In this document: one piece after another, positions 1-10,292 of the stretch | Layout of the letters: each line of letters begins with the position of its first letter | Position numbering within the stretch: position 1 is the stretch's first letter | IMG/VR virus record: IMGVR_UViG_3300020183_004379 | Location: 1-64,000 of that record | From: a virus | Reading direction: 5' to 3' (one strand) | DNA length: 64,000 nucleotides | Notes under the pieces: model-generated | The model's database searches: none | What the model was told of the DNA's origin: nothing | What the model saw: the letters and a program-made list of their open reading frames with translations, nothing else | Translations under genes and position numbers: made by a program

Positions 1-79
1 TGGTGGGTCAGGTGGCAGTTCTGGTGGGTCAGGTGGCAGTTCTGGTGGGTCGGGCGGCGGCTACGGAGGATATTATTAA
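1..79 (+). CDS. 3' end of a truncated structural gene with a Gly/Ser tail (GGSGGSSGGSGGSSGGSGGGYGGYY*)
   Basis: Frame from nt 2 is open to TAA at 77-79; lies upstream of structural genes. Confidence 0.6.
   Translation, partial: GGSGGSSGGSGGSSGGSGGGYGGYY
2..51 (+). repeat. 21-bp tandem repeat (GGTGGGTCAGGTGGCAGTTCT, about 2.4 copies)
   Basis: Read directly; encodes GGSGGSS. Confidence 0.9.
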
Positions 80-155
80 TGAGTAGATTTTTTGCGAAAG
101 TATTTCTAGCATACATGAATACATCGCTCTTAGTTTGTAGGAATTGCAACCATGC

Positions 156-161
156 TAAATA
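156..161 (+). promoter_or_regulatory. T4-like late promoter core TAAATA
   Basis: TAAATA exactly 5 nt before ATG at 167; the motif recurs ahead of many late genes. Confidence 0.6.
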
Positions 162-166
162 AGGAT

Positions 167-856
167 ATGGACAAAGAAAACGAGACAAAACCCATGCATA
201 ATGCTCAAATGCAGCCTGATCTTTCAAAAGAAAAACAGCCCGATGTTGTGGCTGGTATCTATGTGCGCGGCCATATCAAAATTCATGACCCTGAATCAGG
301 CGAAATTTTTGTAGACAAGCCAAACGCAATTCATTATGAAAACATGAGCGAGGCTATTGCTTATTCACTCAGTCATAGAAATCTATTGTACATGTATGAA
401 ATGCATTTTGGTAATGGTGGTACAGCAGTGGACAGCACCGGAGTCATCACTTATCTGGTTCCCAACACAACCAGCCAAAGTGCTGAGTTATACAATCCAA
501 CATATTACAAAGTTGTTGATGACACAGACATAACCAATAATCCAGATTCTACTAATAATAAAATGACTGTGCGTCATATTCCTGGAAATCCGTATAGTGA
601 TATAATCATTACCTGCTTGCTGGACTACGGCGAGCCAGGTACTCAGAATGTTTTTGATAACAGCACCACACTCAACGATACCTTTACTTTTGATGAATTA
701 GGTATCAAAGCTCGTGCTCTTGATGGCACAGCAGGCGCTGGAAAATTACTCACGCATGTAATTTTTCACCCAGTGCAAAAATCACTGAACCGCCTGATAC
801 AAATCGACTATACTGTGAGAATCCAGACCCTAACAAATCTCAGCGCGATAGGATGA
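167..856 (+). CDS. Putative virion structural (baseplate/tail) protein
   Basis: ORF track 152..856; start moved to ATG 167 after TAAATA; beta-rich, C-terminal FDELG...LLTHVIFHPVQKSLNR; structural context. Confidence 0.6.
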   Translation: MDKENETKPMHNAQMQPDLSKEKQPDVVAGIYVRGHIKIHDPESGEIFVDKPNAIHYENMSEAIAYSLSHRNLLYMYEMHFGNGGTAVDSTGVITYLVPNTTSQSAELYNPTYYKVVDDTDITNNPDSTNNKMTVRHIPGNPYSDIIITCLLDYGEPGTQNVFDNSTTLNDTFTFDELGIKARALDGTAGAGKLLTHVIFHPVQKSLNRLIQIDYTVRIQTLTNLSAIG

Positions 857-861
857 TGTAA

Positions 862-3444
862 ATGGCTTATACTATAACCAAAACTAACGGCGACACGCTT
901 GTTACCATTCCAGACACAGAACGCAATACTGATTTTGGTATTAGCCTTGTTGGGCGTAACTACTCGGGCTACGGAGTTTATCTTAACGACAATTTTGTGG
1001 CACTCATGGAAAACTTTTCCAAAAGCACTGCGCCTGCTAGTCCACTAGAAGGACAACTTTGGTGGAACAGCAGCAACAATGATCTGCAAATTTGGACTGG
1101 TGCAGTTTGGAAAAAAATAGGACATGTAACAGCATCTGGCTCTGCGCCTACTGCGGCAGGCAGAGTAGTTGGCGACTTGTGGTGGGACAGTACAAATCAA
1201 CAGCTCAAGGCTTGGGCAGGCGAAACTTCGGCCAACAGCACAGCAATTTACGGCAGTTCGCAATACATTGTGAGCATGGTGACTACCAATGCTGTGCGAA
1301 TTGGTGATATTCTAACCACTGGTAATGTTTTGAGTGCAAATGCAGTAACCGTAACACAAATCCTTAACACCAGCAATGTGCGTATCAGTACGCCAGCCAC
1401 AATTTTTGCAGGCGAAACAGTCACCTTTACCCGCGGTACTGGGTGGAATTTGATTGGCCCAACACATACCAAAGACCAACAGCTGACTGGTATTTTTCCA
1501 CGCACAGTTTTAGATAACCAAGGCATCGAAAGAGTGCTGGGTTTGATATATCAGAAAGGTAGTGTGGTAGGAGCTGTAAGTAAAGAAAACGAATACACCA
1601 TTGGCGATGCATTTGCAATTGACAGATTATCTGTTATCAAACCAGGTATTACACTGATTGAAGATGCCGCACCGCAACTGGTACGCACTGTTCTTGCCAA
1701 TGCAACTGGTACCAGTGGCAATACCGTGGTATCTTTAACTCAGACTGAAGGTTTAGCCGTCGGCGATTATGTGATAACTGCAAACATTGCTTTTAGCGCA
1801 CTCAAACAAATTACAGAAATTTACGGAAACGGTGCAATTAGATTCAATGCCACCACAACACTACAAGAAAATGAAGTGATAGTTTTTCAAAGAGGCATTG
1901 ATCAAAGCAACATGTTCAATGGTACTGCTACCAATGCTCAGAGACTCAATGGAGTAACTGCTGACAAGTTTGCCACTCTAGACAGTAATCAGTTCTTTTT
2001 AGCCAATGTTACTATTGACGGCAACCTAGCAATTGGACGCACAGCACTGGGCGAAGCTCAGTCTCGTATCAGACATGACGGTGCCAACCTTTCCATAACC
2101 AACACTGTGGCCAATGGAAATATCAGTATTGCAACAGTGGTTTCTACCATTGGCGGTACACCAACAACCGTAATGCATGTGAATGGCTTGAACGGCCTGA
2201 TTGAAGTTAGAAGCGTGCCAGTGACTGCGAATGGTGTAGCAACCAAGAGCTATGTTGATAACAGTCAAGGCACAGCGTTGTCTGCAATCACAGCAAATGT
2301 TAATGCATTGATCAACGGCGCCAGCATTGACAAACGAGATTTTGGAAATGTTGCTACAATTTTGAACAGTCAAGCAAATGCCATGGTGTTGGCCAACAGC
2401 GAAATTGCTGTGCGAGCCAATATCGAAAGCCCAGTCTTTACTGGAATACCTGCTGCTCCAACAGCCAGCTCGGGCACCAATACAACACAAATTGCAACCA
2501 CAGCATTTGTTGTGGCTTCGGTCACTGATGCAAATACCGCAGCATTTGCCAATGCTGCTACCCAAGCAGTGACACTGGCCCAAAAAGCAAATATTTTAAG
2601 TCCTACCTTTACCGGCGAGCCAAGAGCACCAACTCCTGATGGCGCATCAGATACAACACACATTGCAACAACCAGCTGGGTAAGAAGTTTTGTATACACT
2701 GAAGTTACCACAGCCACATCAGGATTAGGCGGTAAAGCCAATAGCCTTGCTCCGGTGTTCACAGGATTGGCAGTAACCCCAACCGCACCAAACATAACAT
2801 ATCCTGCGACCCCGGGCACAACAACTAGCCTTAACATTCGCAGTACCTTTGTAAACCCAACACAGATTGCAACTGTGGGATTTGTGGCCAATGCAATTGC
2901 AACCATGCCGGCCCAGGACCTGAGCGCCTATGCACCATTGGCCAATCCGGCACTCACAGGAGCGCCTACTGCACCAACACCGTCAGAAGGTGACAATAGT
3001 ACAAAGATAGCGACCACGGCGTTTGTGAAAACTCGCTCACCTGTATTAAGTGTAAACGGTGAAACTGGTACCGTGGTATTGGATGTTGGTGACATAAGCG
3101 GCGCTGCTCCAATTAACAATCCCACTTTCACAGGAGTTGCAACATTGGCAACTGTGCCAAGCGGCGACAGCGACAACGGTACTATTCCTACCACCAGCTG
3201 GGTAAAAGATATCACAGATACCAAGGCGCCGTTGAATGCTCCTACTTTTATTGGTTTAGTAACTGCTCCTACTCCGGTAGAAAACAGTAATACAACCACA
3301 GTGGCAACCACAGCATGGGTGGTGGCTAGGATTTCTTCAGCCAGTGTTCCAAAATGGGGCGGATCGGCTAAATTTGTAAGCACAGCCACACCAGGTAGCG
3401 GTGACGGACAAAATGGAGACATTTGGTTCAAGTACCAGGCTTAA
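862..3444 (+). CDS. Tail fibre / baseplate-attached fibre protein
   Basis: 860 aa, Thr/Ala/Gly rich; GQLWW/GDLWW motifs; about 6 copies of P(T/V)FTG.P.APT....T.IATT.(F/W)V tail-fibre repeat. Confidence 0.75.
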   Translation: MAYTITKTNGDTLVTIPDTERNTDFGISLVGRNYSGYGVYLNDNFVALMENFSKSTAPASPLEGQLWWNSSNNDLQIWTGAVWKKIGHVTASGSAPTAAGRVVGDLWWDSTNQQLKAWAGETSANSTAIYGSSQYIVSMVTTNAVRIGDILTTGNVLSANAVTVTQILNTSNVRISTPATIFAGETVTFTRGTGWNLIGPTHTKDQQLTGIFPRTVLDNQGIERVLGLIYQKGSVVGAVSKENEYTIGDAFAIDRLSVIKPGITLIEDAAPQLVRTVLANATGTSGNTVVSLTQTEGLAVGDYVITANIAFSALKQITEIYGNGAIRFNATTTLQENEVIVFQRGIDQSNMFNGTATNAQRLNGVTADKFATLDSNQFFLANVTIDGNLAIGRTALGEAQSRIRHDGANLSITNTVANGNISIATVVSTIGGTPTTVMHVNGLNGLIEVRSVPVTANGVATKSYVDNSQGTALSAITANVNALINGASIDKRDFGNVATILNSQANAMVLANSEIAVRANIESPVFTGIPAAPTASSGTNTTQIATTAFVVASVTDANTAAFANAATQAVTLAQKANILSPTFTGEPRAPTPDGASDTTHIATTSWVRSFVYTEVTTATSGLGGKANSLAPVFTGLAVTPTAPNITYPATPGTTTSLNIRSTFVNPTQIATVGFVANAIATMPAQDLSAYAPLANPALTGAPTAPTPSEGDNSTKIATTAFVKTRSPVLSVNGETGTVVLDVGDISGAAPINNPTFTGVATLATVPSGDSDNGTIPTTSWVKDITDTKAPLNAPTFIGLVTAPTPVENSNTTTVATTAWVVARISSASVPKWGGSAKFVSTATPGSGDGQNGDIWFKYQA

Positions 3445-3469
3445 TTAACAACCCATAAAAAACCATGCA

Positions 3470-3475
3470 TAAATA
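3470..3475 (+). promoter_or_regulatory. Late promoter core TAAATA followed by GGAG RBS
   Basis: CATAAATAC in the intergenic gap upstream of 3498. Confidence 0.6.
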
Positions 3476-3497
3476 CAGTGAATTGGAGTCTAAGTAA

Positions 3498-6095
3498 ATG
3501 GCGTATAACATAACCAAATCAGATGGTACTCCGTTAGCTACCATCAGCGACGGTCAAACCAACAGCACAGCCACAAGTCTTACCTTGGTAGGTAAGAATT
3601 TTGCAGGCTATGGAACTTTTCTTAATGAAAACTTTGTAAAAGTGTTGGAGCACTTTGCTAATAGTACCGAGCCAGCCAATGCAAAGGCAGGCCAACTTTG
3701 GTATCAAACCAGTACAAAACTGCTTCAAGTCTACGACGGCGTGGCTTGGAAAAGTGTAAGTGGCGCACAGAATGTGGCAGATGAACCAACATACAGGGTA
3801 GCCGGCGACTTATGGTTTGACTCAGTTAACCAACAATTGAAAGTTTGGTCTGGTGCAGGCTGGGTGGTTATTGGACCTTCATTTACCAGTACCACAGGTA
3901 CTTCGGGTGCAGTAGCTGACACTGTTATTGATTCAAGTCAGTTCAGCCATGTGGTTGTAAAGTTTTTTGTACAAAACCAATTGGTAGCAGTTTTAAGTAA
4001 AGACGCCACTTTCCAGCCTGCTACCACTATTCCTGGTTTTCCAAGTATCAAGCCTGGTCTAAACCTGGCTAGAGGCACCTCACCCGAGCTGGTGTTTTAT
4101 GAAAATGCTAACAATGCCAGTTACCTGGGTCAAATTGCAGCTGGCCAGTATCTAACCAAGGACAATGCACTGTTAACCAGTAAACTGGTTATTCGTAACA
4201 ACGACGGTATAGAACTAGAAGACCCCTCTGGCACTGGTATTACCAATTTCCAACTTAAAATTGATAATAACGACATTCAACTGAACAGTTTGATTCGCGG
4301 CAACGGACTTATATTTAACACCAAGCCTGACAATGCAGGTGGTGCTACTCAAACAGTACTGCGTGTGGACAAGGTAACTGGTTTGATTACAGTGCTGAAT
4401 GATCCAACCAGTGAAACAGGTATTGCAACTAAAAACTATGTTGATACAAATCGTAACAACACCAGAACCATGTTGCAGAACAATGTGCTGAGTATCAACA
4501 GTAATGTTAGTACGCTTAGTGCCAATGTGGGCGGCAATCCTCCAGGGACCAGTATCTACAGTAATGTACGCACCATACAAACTCACCTAGGATTCCGCAA
4601 AGGCGGCCCAGGAAGTCAAGATGATTTACGATATACTGAACTTACTGTGACCAACAATGACAGTTTTGTAAACAACATTTTCACACTGTGGGGCAATGTA
4701 AGTTCTATTGTGGCCAATGTACTTACTAGAACAGGCGACGGCGGCCCAGGGGGCACAGCTGGCAGTTCTATGTATGCTAATGTGCGTTCACTGCAAGGAC
4801 GAGCTAGTGTTTTAGAAAACGAAACAGTGCGTCGTGATGGTACTCTAAGTATCACTGGTATTCTTGTACCAGATACGACCCACACAAGAAATTTTGGTAG
4901 TAGCGATAAGCGATTTGGTGCCGGTCATATCAATCACATGGTGTTAGGCAGTGCCACTAATGATGGTGCAAACTTGCCAGCTGGTACAATTGTCAATCTA
5001 AAAACAATTAACTATACTGGCAGTCGTGGCAAATACGATCCAATCACACTGGTGGTCAATCCGCTTACTGTCACAGGTAATATTAAATTCAATGACAACA
5101 TTGACGGTACACCAACCGGTAACCTAGCACTTGGTATTGACGGACCTTTACGTGTGCAAGGTGCTTTGAGTGTGACAGGAAGTATTGCCATGCCAGACGC
5201 CGCAGCGTACAACGAAGTGTACGATATTGGTGTGAGTGCCACACGCAGGTATAACAACCTATATGTTAAAACAATAAATGCAGAAGCACTCAATGTCTCT
5301 GGCGGCTTGGGTGGTCCAGGTGTGCCAGCTACCTTTGGTTCAGTTACCTCAAGAGATATCATTCCTGAAACTGATGCAACTTACAGCATTGGTAATACAA
5401 GTGGTCCACGCCGTTGGGTGAATGTGTTTGCAAGTTCATTCACAAGTTCAAACTTTGTAAGCCTAGGCTCAAGCGGAGTGCAGTGGGCAGGTACAGATGC
5501 AACAGTGGATATTGGAAGTTCTAGCAAAAGATTCAATATCTTGTATGCTAAAAACTGGCAAGGCGAATCATTACAAACAACCAGTGCCGGTCTTTTCTTA
5601 CAAACAGGTATAGGAACAAACACCATTGACATTGGCGCAACCGGCGCTATTTTTAGAACCATTTATGCTACCACATTCAATGGTAAAGCCACCAGCGCAC
5701 AGTACGCTGACTTGGCAGAACGCTTTGCAGCAGATGCCCCTTATGCTCCAGGAACCTTGGTACGCATTGGAGGTGTAGCAGAAGTCACAGCCGAAAACGA
5801 AGTTGCCAGCACAGAAGTGTTAGGTGTAGTGAGTTCACAGCCTGCGCATTTGATGAATGCAGAAGCTGGTTCAAACGAAACACATCCTCCAATTGCTATG
5901 GTAGGAAGGGTACCAGTGCGATGCATTGGCGAAATTCGCAAAGGCGACAGGCTAATTAGTGCCGGTAACGGTTGTGCAATGGCAGCAAAATTTGCTCGAG
6001 AATTGGGCGGCGGTCAAATAATTGGTCGTGCGCTTGCAGACAAACTAAGTAATAATGAAGGCCTAGTTGAAGCCATAGTAAAGGTGAGTGTGTAG
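3498..6095 (+). CDS. Tail fibre-like protein with C-terminal intramolecular chaperone/autocleavage domain
   Basis: N-terminus paralogous to 862..3444; C-terminal SAQYADLAE...GVVS..PA..MN...G.VPV...KGD.L pattern of Peptidase_G2-like chaperone domains. Confidence 0.7.
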   Translation: MAYNITKSDGTPLATISDGQTNSTATSLTLVGKNFAGYGTFLNENFVKVLEHFANSTEPANAKAGQLWYQTSTKLLQVYDGVAWKSVSGAQNVADEPTYRVAGDLWFDSVNQQLKVWSGAGWVVIGPSFTSTTGTSGAVADTVIDSSQFSHVVVKFFVQNQLVAVLSKDATFQPATTIPGFPSIKPGLNLARGTSPELVFYENANNASYLGQIAAGQYLTKDNALLTSKLVIRNNDGIELEDPSGTGITNFQLKIDNNDIQLNSLIRGNGLIFNTKPDNAGGATQTVLRVDKVTGLITVLNDPTSETGIATKNYVDTNRNNTRTMLQNNVLSINSNVSTLSANVGGNPPGTSIYSNVRTIQTHLGFRKGGPGSQDDLRYTELTVTNNDSFVNNIFTLWGNVSSIVANVLTRTGDGGPGGTAGSSMYANVRSLQGRASVLENETVRRDGTLSITGILVPDTTHTRNFGSSDKRFGAGHINHMVLGSATNDGANLPAGTIVNLKTINYTGSRGKYDPITLVVNPLTVTGNIKFNDNIDGTPTGNLALGIDGPLRVQGALSVTGSIAMPDAAAYNEVYDIGVSATRRYNNLYVKTINAEALNVSGGLGGPGVPATFGSVTSRDIIPETDATYSIGNTSGPRRWVNVFASSFTSSNFVSLGSSGVQWAGTDATVDIGSSSKRFNILYAKNWQGESLQTTSAGLFLQTGIGTNTIDIGATGAIFRTIYATTFNGKATSAQYADLAERFAADAPYAPGTLVRIGGVAEVTAENEVASTEVLGVVSSQPAHLMNAEAGSNETHPPIAMVGRVPVRCIGEIRKGDRLISAGNGCAMAAKFARELGGGQIIGRALADKLSNNEGLVEAIVKVSV

Positions 6096-6096
6096 C

Positions 6097-7167
6097 ATGA
6101 CTTATTCAAGTGGACAAATTATCGATGATGCAGATTATAACAATTTTGTTTACGGTGACAGCACTGGCTCCGGCACCATAAATGTAACCAATAATCTATA
6201 TTACCTTATTGGCCCTGGCAGAGCAGATCGAGGGTTAAATCAAGACTTTTCTGGTTTAGTTCCTGGACTGCCGGGTAGTACCAGTGGAACCATTGGTGGT
6301 GTCCCATACAATGATAGAGTTGGTACGCTTGACCCGGTAGATGCACCAGACGATATTCTTGCTCAACAATGGATTGGTTTTTTTAGTTCTTTGAACAGAA
6401 CAAGATACTATCAAAGCGGTGCTGGCGGTAATGTGTCTCTGGCAACACCTCCTGCATTTGGTAGCAGAATTGATGTTATAGCCAGTATAAACAGTACTTT
6501 GAACTCTGCCAATCTGTGGTTCGCAAGTCCTACTCCAGTGCAAGGTATCAACTCTGTTACCAATGATAATAAAACTGTGGCACTTATTGTGGCAACCACA
6601 CCTGATCCTATATCACGAACTTATACAAGATCTGTGGAATTTTCCAATGGCGGCGATCATGCTCGTTGGTTTTTTAACAGTGGTGGCCAGATTAGAGTTT
6701 CTGTAACTGCAACTAGAGCAACTGGCAGTCGTAGCCAAGCCTTGGCAACCGCACTTCAACAGTTTGGCACCTGCACTTGGGGAGCTTATACCAACAGTGG
6801 ATTTAGCACAAACGACACCCCCTCGCCCAGTGGTGCCAATAAAGGTTACTGGAATACTGGTACTTCTTACTTAACATTAGGTAGCAACACATTGGGTGCA
6901 GGAGCATACTCTACCACGGTGGTAGCTATGGAAGTTCGTGTACCTACCACCGGCGGTGGTGCAACACAAAATGGCGCAGTAGGACGCTTAATAGAATTTA
7001 GGCTCAGTCTAACGAGTAGTGCAGGCGGAACTGGACCAGAACCAGCCTGGTCCACAGATCAATTGGACATAGACATAGCCTTTAATTTTGATATTGTTAA
7101 TAAAACTGGAGCAGGAGCCACTCTTACTCAAACCTGGCAGATCCCGCAAATGAGTGCAATAACTTAA
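6097..7167 (+). CDS. Putative virion structural protein
   Basis: Gly/Thr/Ser rich; ARWFFNSGGQI motif; follows fibre genes; start at ATG 6097. Confidence 0.55.
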   Translation: MTYSSGQIIDDADYNNFVYGDSTGSGTINVTNNLYYLIGPGRADRGLNQDFSGLVPGLPGSTSGTIGGVPYNDRVGTLDPVDAPDDILAQQWIGFFSSLNRTRYYQSGAGGNVSLATPPAFGSRIDVIASINSTLNSANLWFASPTPVQGINSVTNDNKTVALIVATTPDPISRTYTRSVEFSNGGDHARWFFNSGGQIRVSVTATRATGSRSQALATALQQFGTCTWGAYTNSGFSTNDTPSPSGANKGYWNTGTSYLTLGSNTLGAGAYSTTVVAMEVRVPTTGGGATQNGAVGRLIEFRLSLTSSAGGTGPEPAWSTDQLDIDIAFNFDIVNKTGAGATLTQTWQIPQMSAIT

Positions 7168-7186
7168 ACAGCGGATCAGCTGCTTA

Positions 7187-7192
7187 TAAGTA
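7187..7192 (+). promoter_or_regulatory. Late promoter variant TAAGTA
   Basis: 5 nt upstream of ATG 7198 with no SD; heads the GT/radical SAM operon. Confidence 0.5.
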
Positions 7193-7197
7193 AGTGC

Positions 7198-7509
7198 ATG
7201 GAATTAAAAACTCTAGCACAAGTCATTCGTCAGAACACTGATTATCAAAACAACCGACAAAAACTACAAGAGCAGATAAAGACTGATCTTGTTCTTGCTC
7301 ACGCTCACAGTTTATTTCAAATCACTCCAGAACTTATAGCGTTTCTTCATGCCTGGGATCAGGATCAAATTTATGTAGAAGACCAATTTGGAAATCCTAT
7401 TCTTTGCAACAGAACAGAACTATTACACGAAGCAAAACAGCATTATCATAGAACATTGAATCGGTGGCATACATTGCATGAGGAATTAAAACATGCAAGA
7501 AAGATCTAA
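7198..7509 (+). CDS. Hypothetical protein
   Basis: 103 aa ORF coupled to the next gene. Confidence 0.7.
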   Translation: MELKTLAQVIRQNTDYQNNRQKLQEQIKTDLVLAHAHSLFQITPELIAFLHAWDQDQIYVEDQFGNPILCNRTELLHEAKQHYHRTLNRWHTLHEELKHARKI

Positions 7510-8251
7510 AGGCATACTGGCCTACGCCTGCAACACAGCCACAGTGGATTACATAGGCATAGCCAAGCAGACGCTTGCACTAGCTAGTGCTCAGCTGAAC
7601 ATACCATATACTTTAATCACCCCGGAAACACCGTCCAATTGGCAAAATTTTAGAAAAGATATTGACACCAACCAGGCAGTGCCGTGGAACAACTTTGATA
7701 GATACAGATGTTATGAACAATCACCATATGATCAAACTCTGGTTATAGATGTAGATTATCTAGTAACAACCAAGCGACTACTGTCAGTTTTTTGTTCTAA
7801 ACAAAACCTGCTATTGTGTCATAAAAACAACTGCTTGTACGAATCAACCTCTACACGCCAGCAGCTTCACCCGGTTTGGGCCACAGTATTTTATTTTGCC
7901 AGGTCTGTGCAAGCAGAATTGTTTTTTCAGTTGGTAGGCAAGATTCAGCGCAATTGGGAATATTATAGAACTTTTTTTGGATTGCAACAGAGTCAATTTA
8001 GAAATGACTATGCATTTGCTATGGCAGAACTTATATCCAGTGGATACAAATTAACCAAACAAACAGCATTACCATGGCATATCACCACAGTTGATAAGAC
8101 ACCAGAAGAGATTGATGTTAACGACAATTGGATAGTGGTACGAGACTCTGCGAAAGCTTTGATATTGCCAAGACAAGACCTACATGTCATGAGCAAGGCA
8201 TGGCTGCAAACTAGCAAATTACAAAATTTTATTTCAAAGGCCCTAGCATGA
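7493..8251 (+). CDS. GT-A fold glycosyltransferase-like protein
   Basis: SPYDQTLVIDVD (DxD) motif; RNDYAF motif; GT8-like layout. Confidence 0.6.
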   Translation: MQERSKGILAYACNTATVDYIGIAKQTLALASAQLNIPYTLITPETPSNWQNFRKDIDTNQAVPWNNFDRYRCYEQSPYDQTLVIDVDYLVTTKRLLSVFCSKQNLLLCHKNNCLYESTSTRQQLHPVWATVFYFARSVQAELFFQLVGKIQRNWEYYRTFFGLQQSQFRNDYAFAMAELISSGYKLTKQTALPWHITTVDKTPEEIDVNDNWIVVRDSAKALILPRQDLHVMSKAWLQTSKLQNFISKALA

Positions 8252-9069
8252 GTGACCGTGGCTTTGTATGCCTTGCTCAAAATAATTCTAGCACTAATTA
8301 TGTAAAGCTAGCTAAACTTCAATGCATGAGTATCAAGCATCATATGCCAGGTGCTAGCTATACTCTTATAACTGATGCACCCAGCGCAAACACAGTTGAT
8401 AACTCTTTGTTTGATCATGTGATCGTGATGCCAGTGGACTGGGCCAAAGATCAGGATTGGAAGCAAAAAAATGACTGGCAAGTTGGTATGCTGTCGCCAT
8501 ATAGACAAACTATAAAATTAGAAGCCGATGTCTTGATCACAAGAAACATTAACCATTGGTGGAGAATGTTAGAGCATCAAGACATTGTGCTTAGTCTAGG
8601 TTGTAGAGATTATTTTGGACAGCCTGCGACCTCTCGCGATTACAGATATCAATTTGATGCAAACAATTTACCAGATGTATATAGTGGGCTCATGTACTTT
8701 AGGCGCAGCCAAACCAGTTCAGATTTTTTTGCACTGGTCAAGCAATTATTTTGGACCTGGGACGAAGTTAAAAAAGAAATGATCAAGTGTAACGACACGG
8801 GCAGCAACGACATGATATATGCATGTGCAGCAGCCATGCTAGGTACTAACAATGCAACTTTGCCGTCAGCAGATTTTTTTAATTTTGTTCATCTCAAACC
8901 TGCCATAAATGGATTGAAAAATGGAGCAGTGACTGAGCAGGTCAACATAGAATTCAACAATTTTGAAATACGAATAAACGCTCAAGCACAACACTTCCCA
9001 GTGCATTATCATGACAAACGCTGGGGCCTTGAAATACTTAAACAATATGAACATACTTCGAGCATTTGA
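8248..9069 (+). CDS. GT-A fold glycosyltransferase-like protein (paralogue of 7493)
   Basis: SPYRQTIKLEAD motif, YSGLMYF, C-terminal HYH. Confidence 0.6.
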   Translation: MSDRGFVCLAQNNSSTNYVKLAKLQCMSIKHHMPGASYTLITDAPSANTVDNSLFDHVIVMPVDWAKDQDWKQKNDWQVGMLSPYRQTIKLEADVLITRNINHWWRMLEHQDIVLSLGCRDYFGQPATSRDYRYQFDANNLPDVYSGLMYFRRSQTSSDFFALVKQLFWTWDEVKKEMIKCNDTGSNDMIYACAAAMLGTNNATLPSADFFNFVHLKPAINGLKNGAVTEQVNIEFNNFEIRINAQAQHFPVHYHDKRWGLEILKQYEHTSSI

Positions 9070-9409
9070 AATTTTCCAAGAGCAGCAAGCTCAGGTTCAA
9101 AAACTTGAACCACGAGAATTCTATAGGCTCTACTACACAGACAATCATCAACAAGCAGCGTTTGGGCCGCCGTGGCCAGATTTAGATTGGCCTTACATTG
9201 ATATAACAGCAGCACAGGCCACTAATTTATCTCGTTATAAATTAGCAAATGGAAGACTAGAATTGATTGACACAGGCCGTACAGGTAGTGTAAAATACAA
9301 AGAAAATGAAAATGGCCCACATGTGGTGGTTGCCGATCATATGGCATTAGTTGTGGAAACCGGAGAAGAATACCATGCAATCAAACGAGTCTCGGCAGAC
9401 ACTGATTGA
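9047..9409 (+). CDS. Hypothetical protein
   Basis: ORF within a coupled operon. Confidence 0.6.
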   Translation: MNILRAFEIFQEQQAQVQKLEPREFYRLYYTDNHQQAAFGPPWPDLDWPYIDITAAQATNLSRYKLANGRLELIDTGRTGSVKYKENENGPHVVVADHMALVVETGEEYHAIKRVSADTD

Positions 9410-10292
9410 TATTGCTGATCTTGATGTGATATTTCTTACCTACGACGAACCAAAAAAAGAAGAATTCTGGATCAAAATCAAAAACATGGTGCCGTGGGCA
9501 AAGAGAGTGGACGGAGTCAAAGGCTCCGACGCAGCACACAAGTCTGCTGCTGCTGCTAGCGAAACAGATCGTTTTGTTTTGATTGACGGTGACAATATTC
9601 CTGATCCTGCATTTTTTAACAGTCAGCTGGTTCTTGATAACACCAATCATGATAAAGTTTTCCGTTGGCGTGCCAGAAACGCAATCAATGGACTTATGTA
9701 TGGCAACGGCGGAATCAGCTGTTGGACCAAACAATTTGTTAATGACATGCGCACTCACGAAGCCAGTGACGGAGCACCATCTACTGCTGTGGAATTTTGT
9801 TTTGATCCAAACTATTGGGCCATGCATGATTGTTATTCTACCACATATCCAAATGCGTCTCCATACCAGGCCTGGCGTGCAGGATTCCGCGAAGGCGTTA
9901 AGATGTGCCTAGACAGGGGACAACGACCCAGTCTGGAAGAATTTGAACAGAGAATACACAACCGTAATCTTGATCATTTGCAAATTTGGCATGCTGTGGG
10001 ATTTGATGTTGATCAAGGAGCATGGGCCATTGCTGGTGCAAAACAAGGCACATTCATGACCATGCTCACCAGCTGGGACTACACCAAGGTGCAAGATTTT
10101 TCTGAACTGGAATACATGTGGAATCACGAAGTAAACTTGCGTGATCCATTGGAAATCATCGATCACATTGGCGATGAACTTTCATACAGATTGGATTTAC
10201 CGCAAGTGGTTCTAACAAGCAAAGCCAGCAAATTTTTCAAACATCACTACAAAAGCAATTTTGTCAATAAAGGAATAATGGTTCGTGAGTAG
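9375..10292 (+). CDS. GT-A (family 2-like) glycosyltransferase
   Basis: DVIFLTYDEP, FVLIDGDN (DxD), AWRAGFREGVK; GGAG RBS before ATG 9375. Confidence 0.65.
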   Translation: MQSNESRQTLIDIADLDVIFLTYDEPKKEEFWIKIKNMVPWAKRVDGVKGSDAAHKSAAAASETDRFVLIDGDNIPDPAFFNSQLVLDNTNHDKVFRWRARNAINGLMYGNGGISCWTKQFVNDMRTHEASDGAPSTAVEFCFDPNYWAMHDCYSTTYPNASPYQAWRAGFREGVKMCLDRGQRPSLEEFEQRIHNRNLDHLQIWHAVGFDVDQGAWAIAGAKQGTFMTMLTSWDYTKVQDFSELEYMWNHEVNLRDPLEIIDHIGDELSYRLDLPQVVLTSKASKFFKHHYKSNFVNKGIMVRE

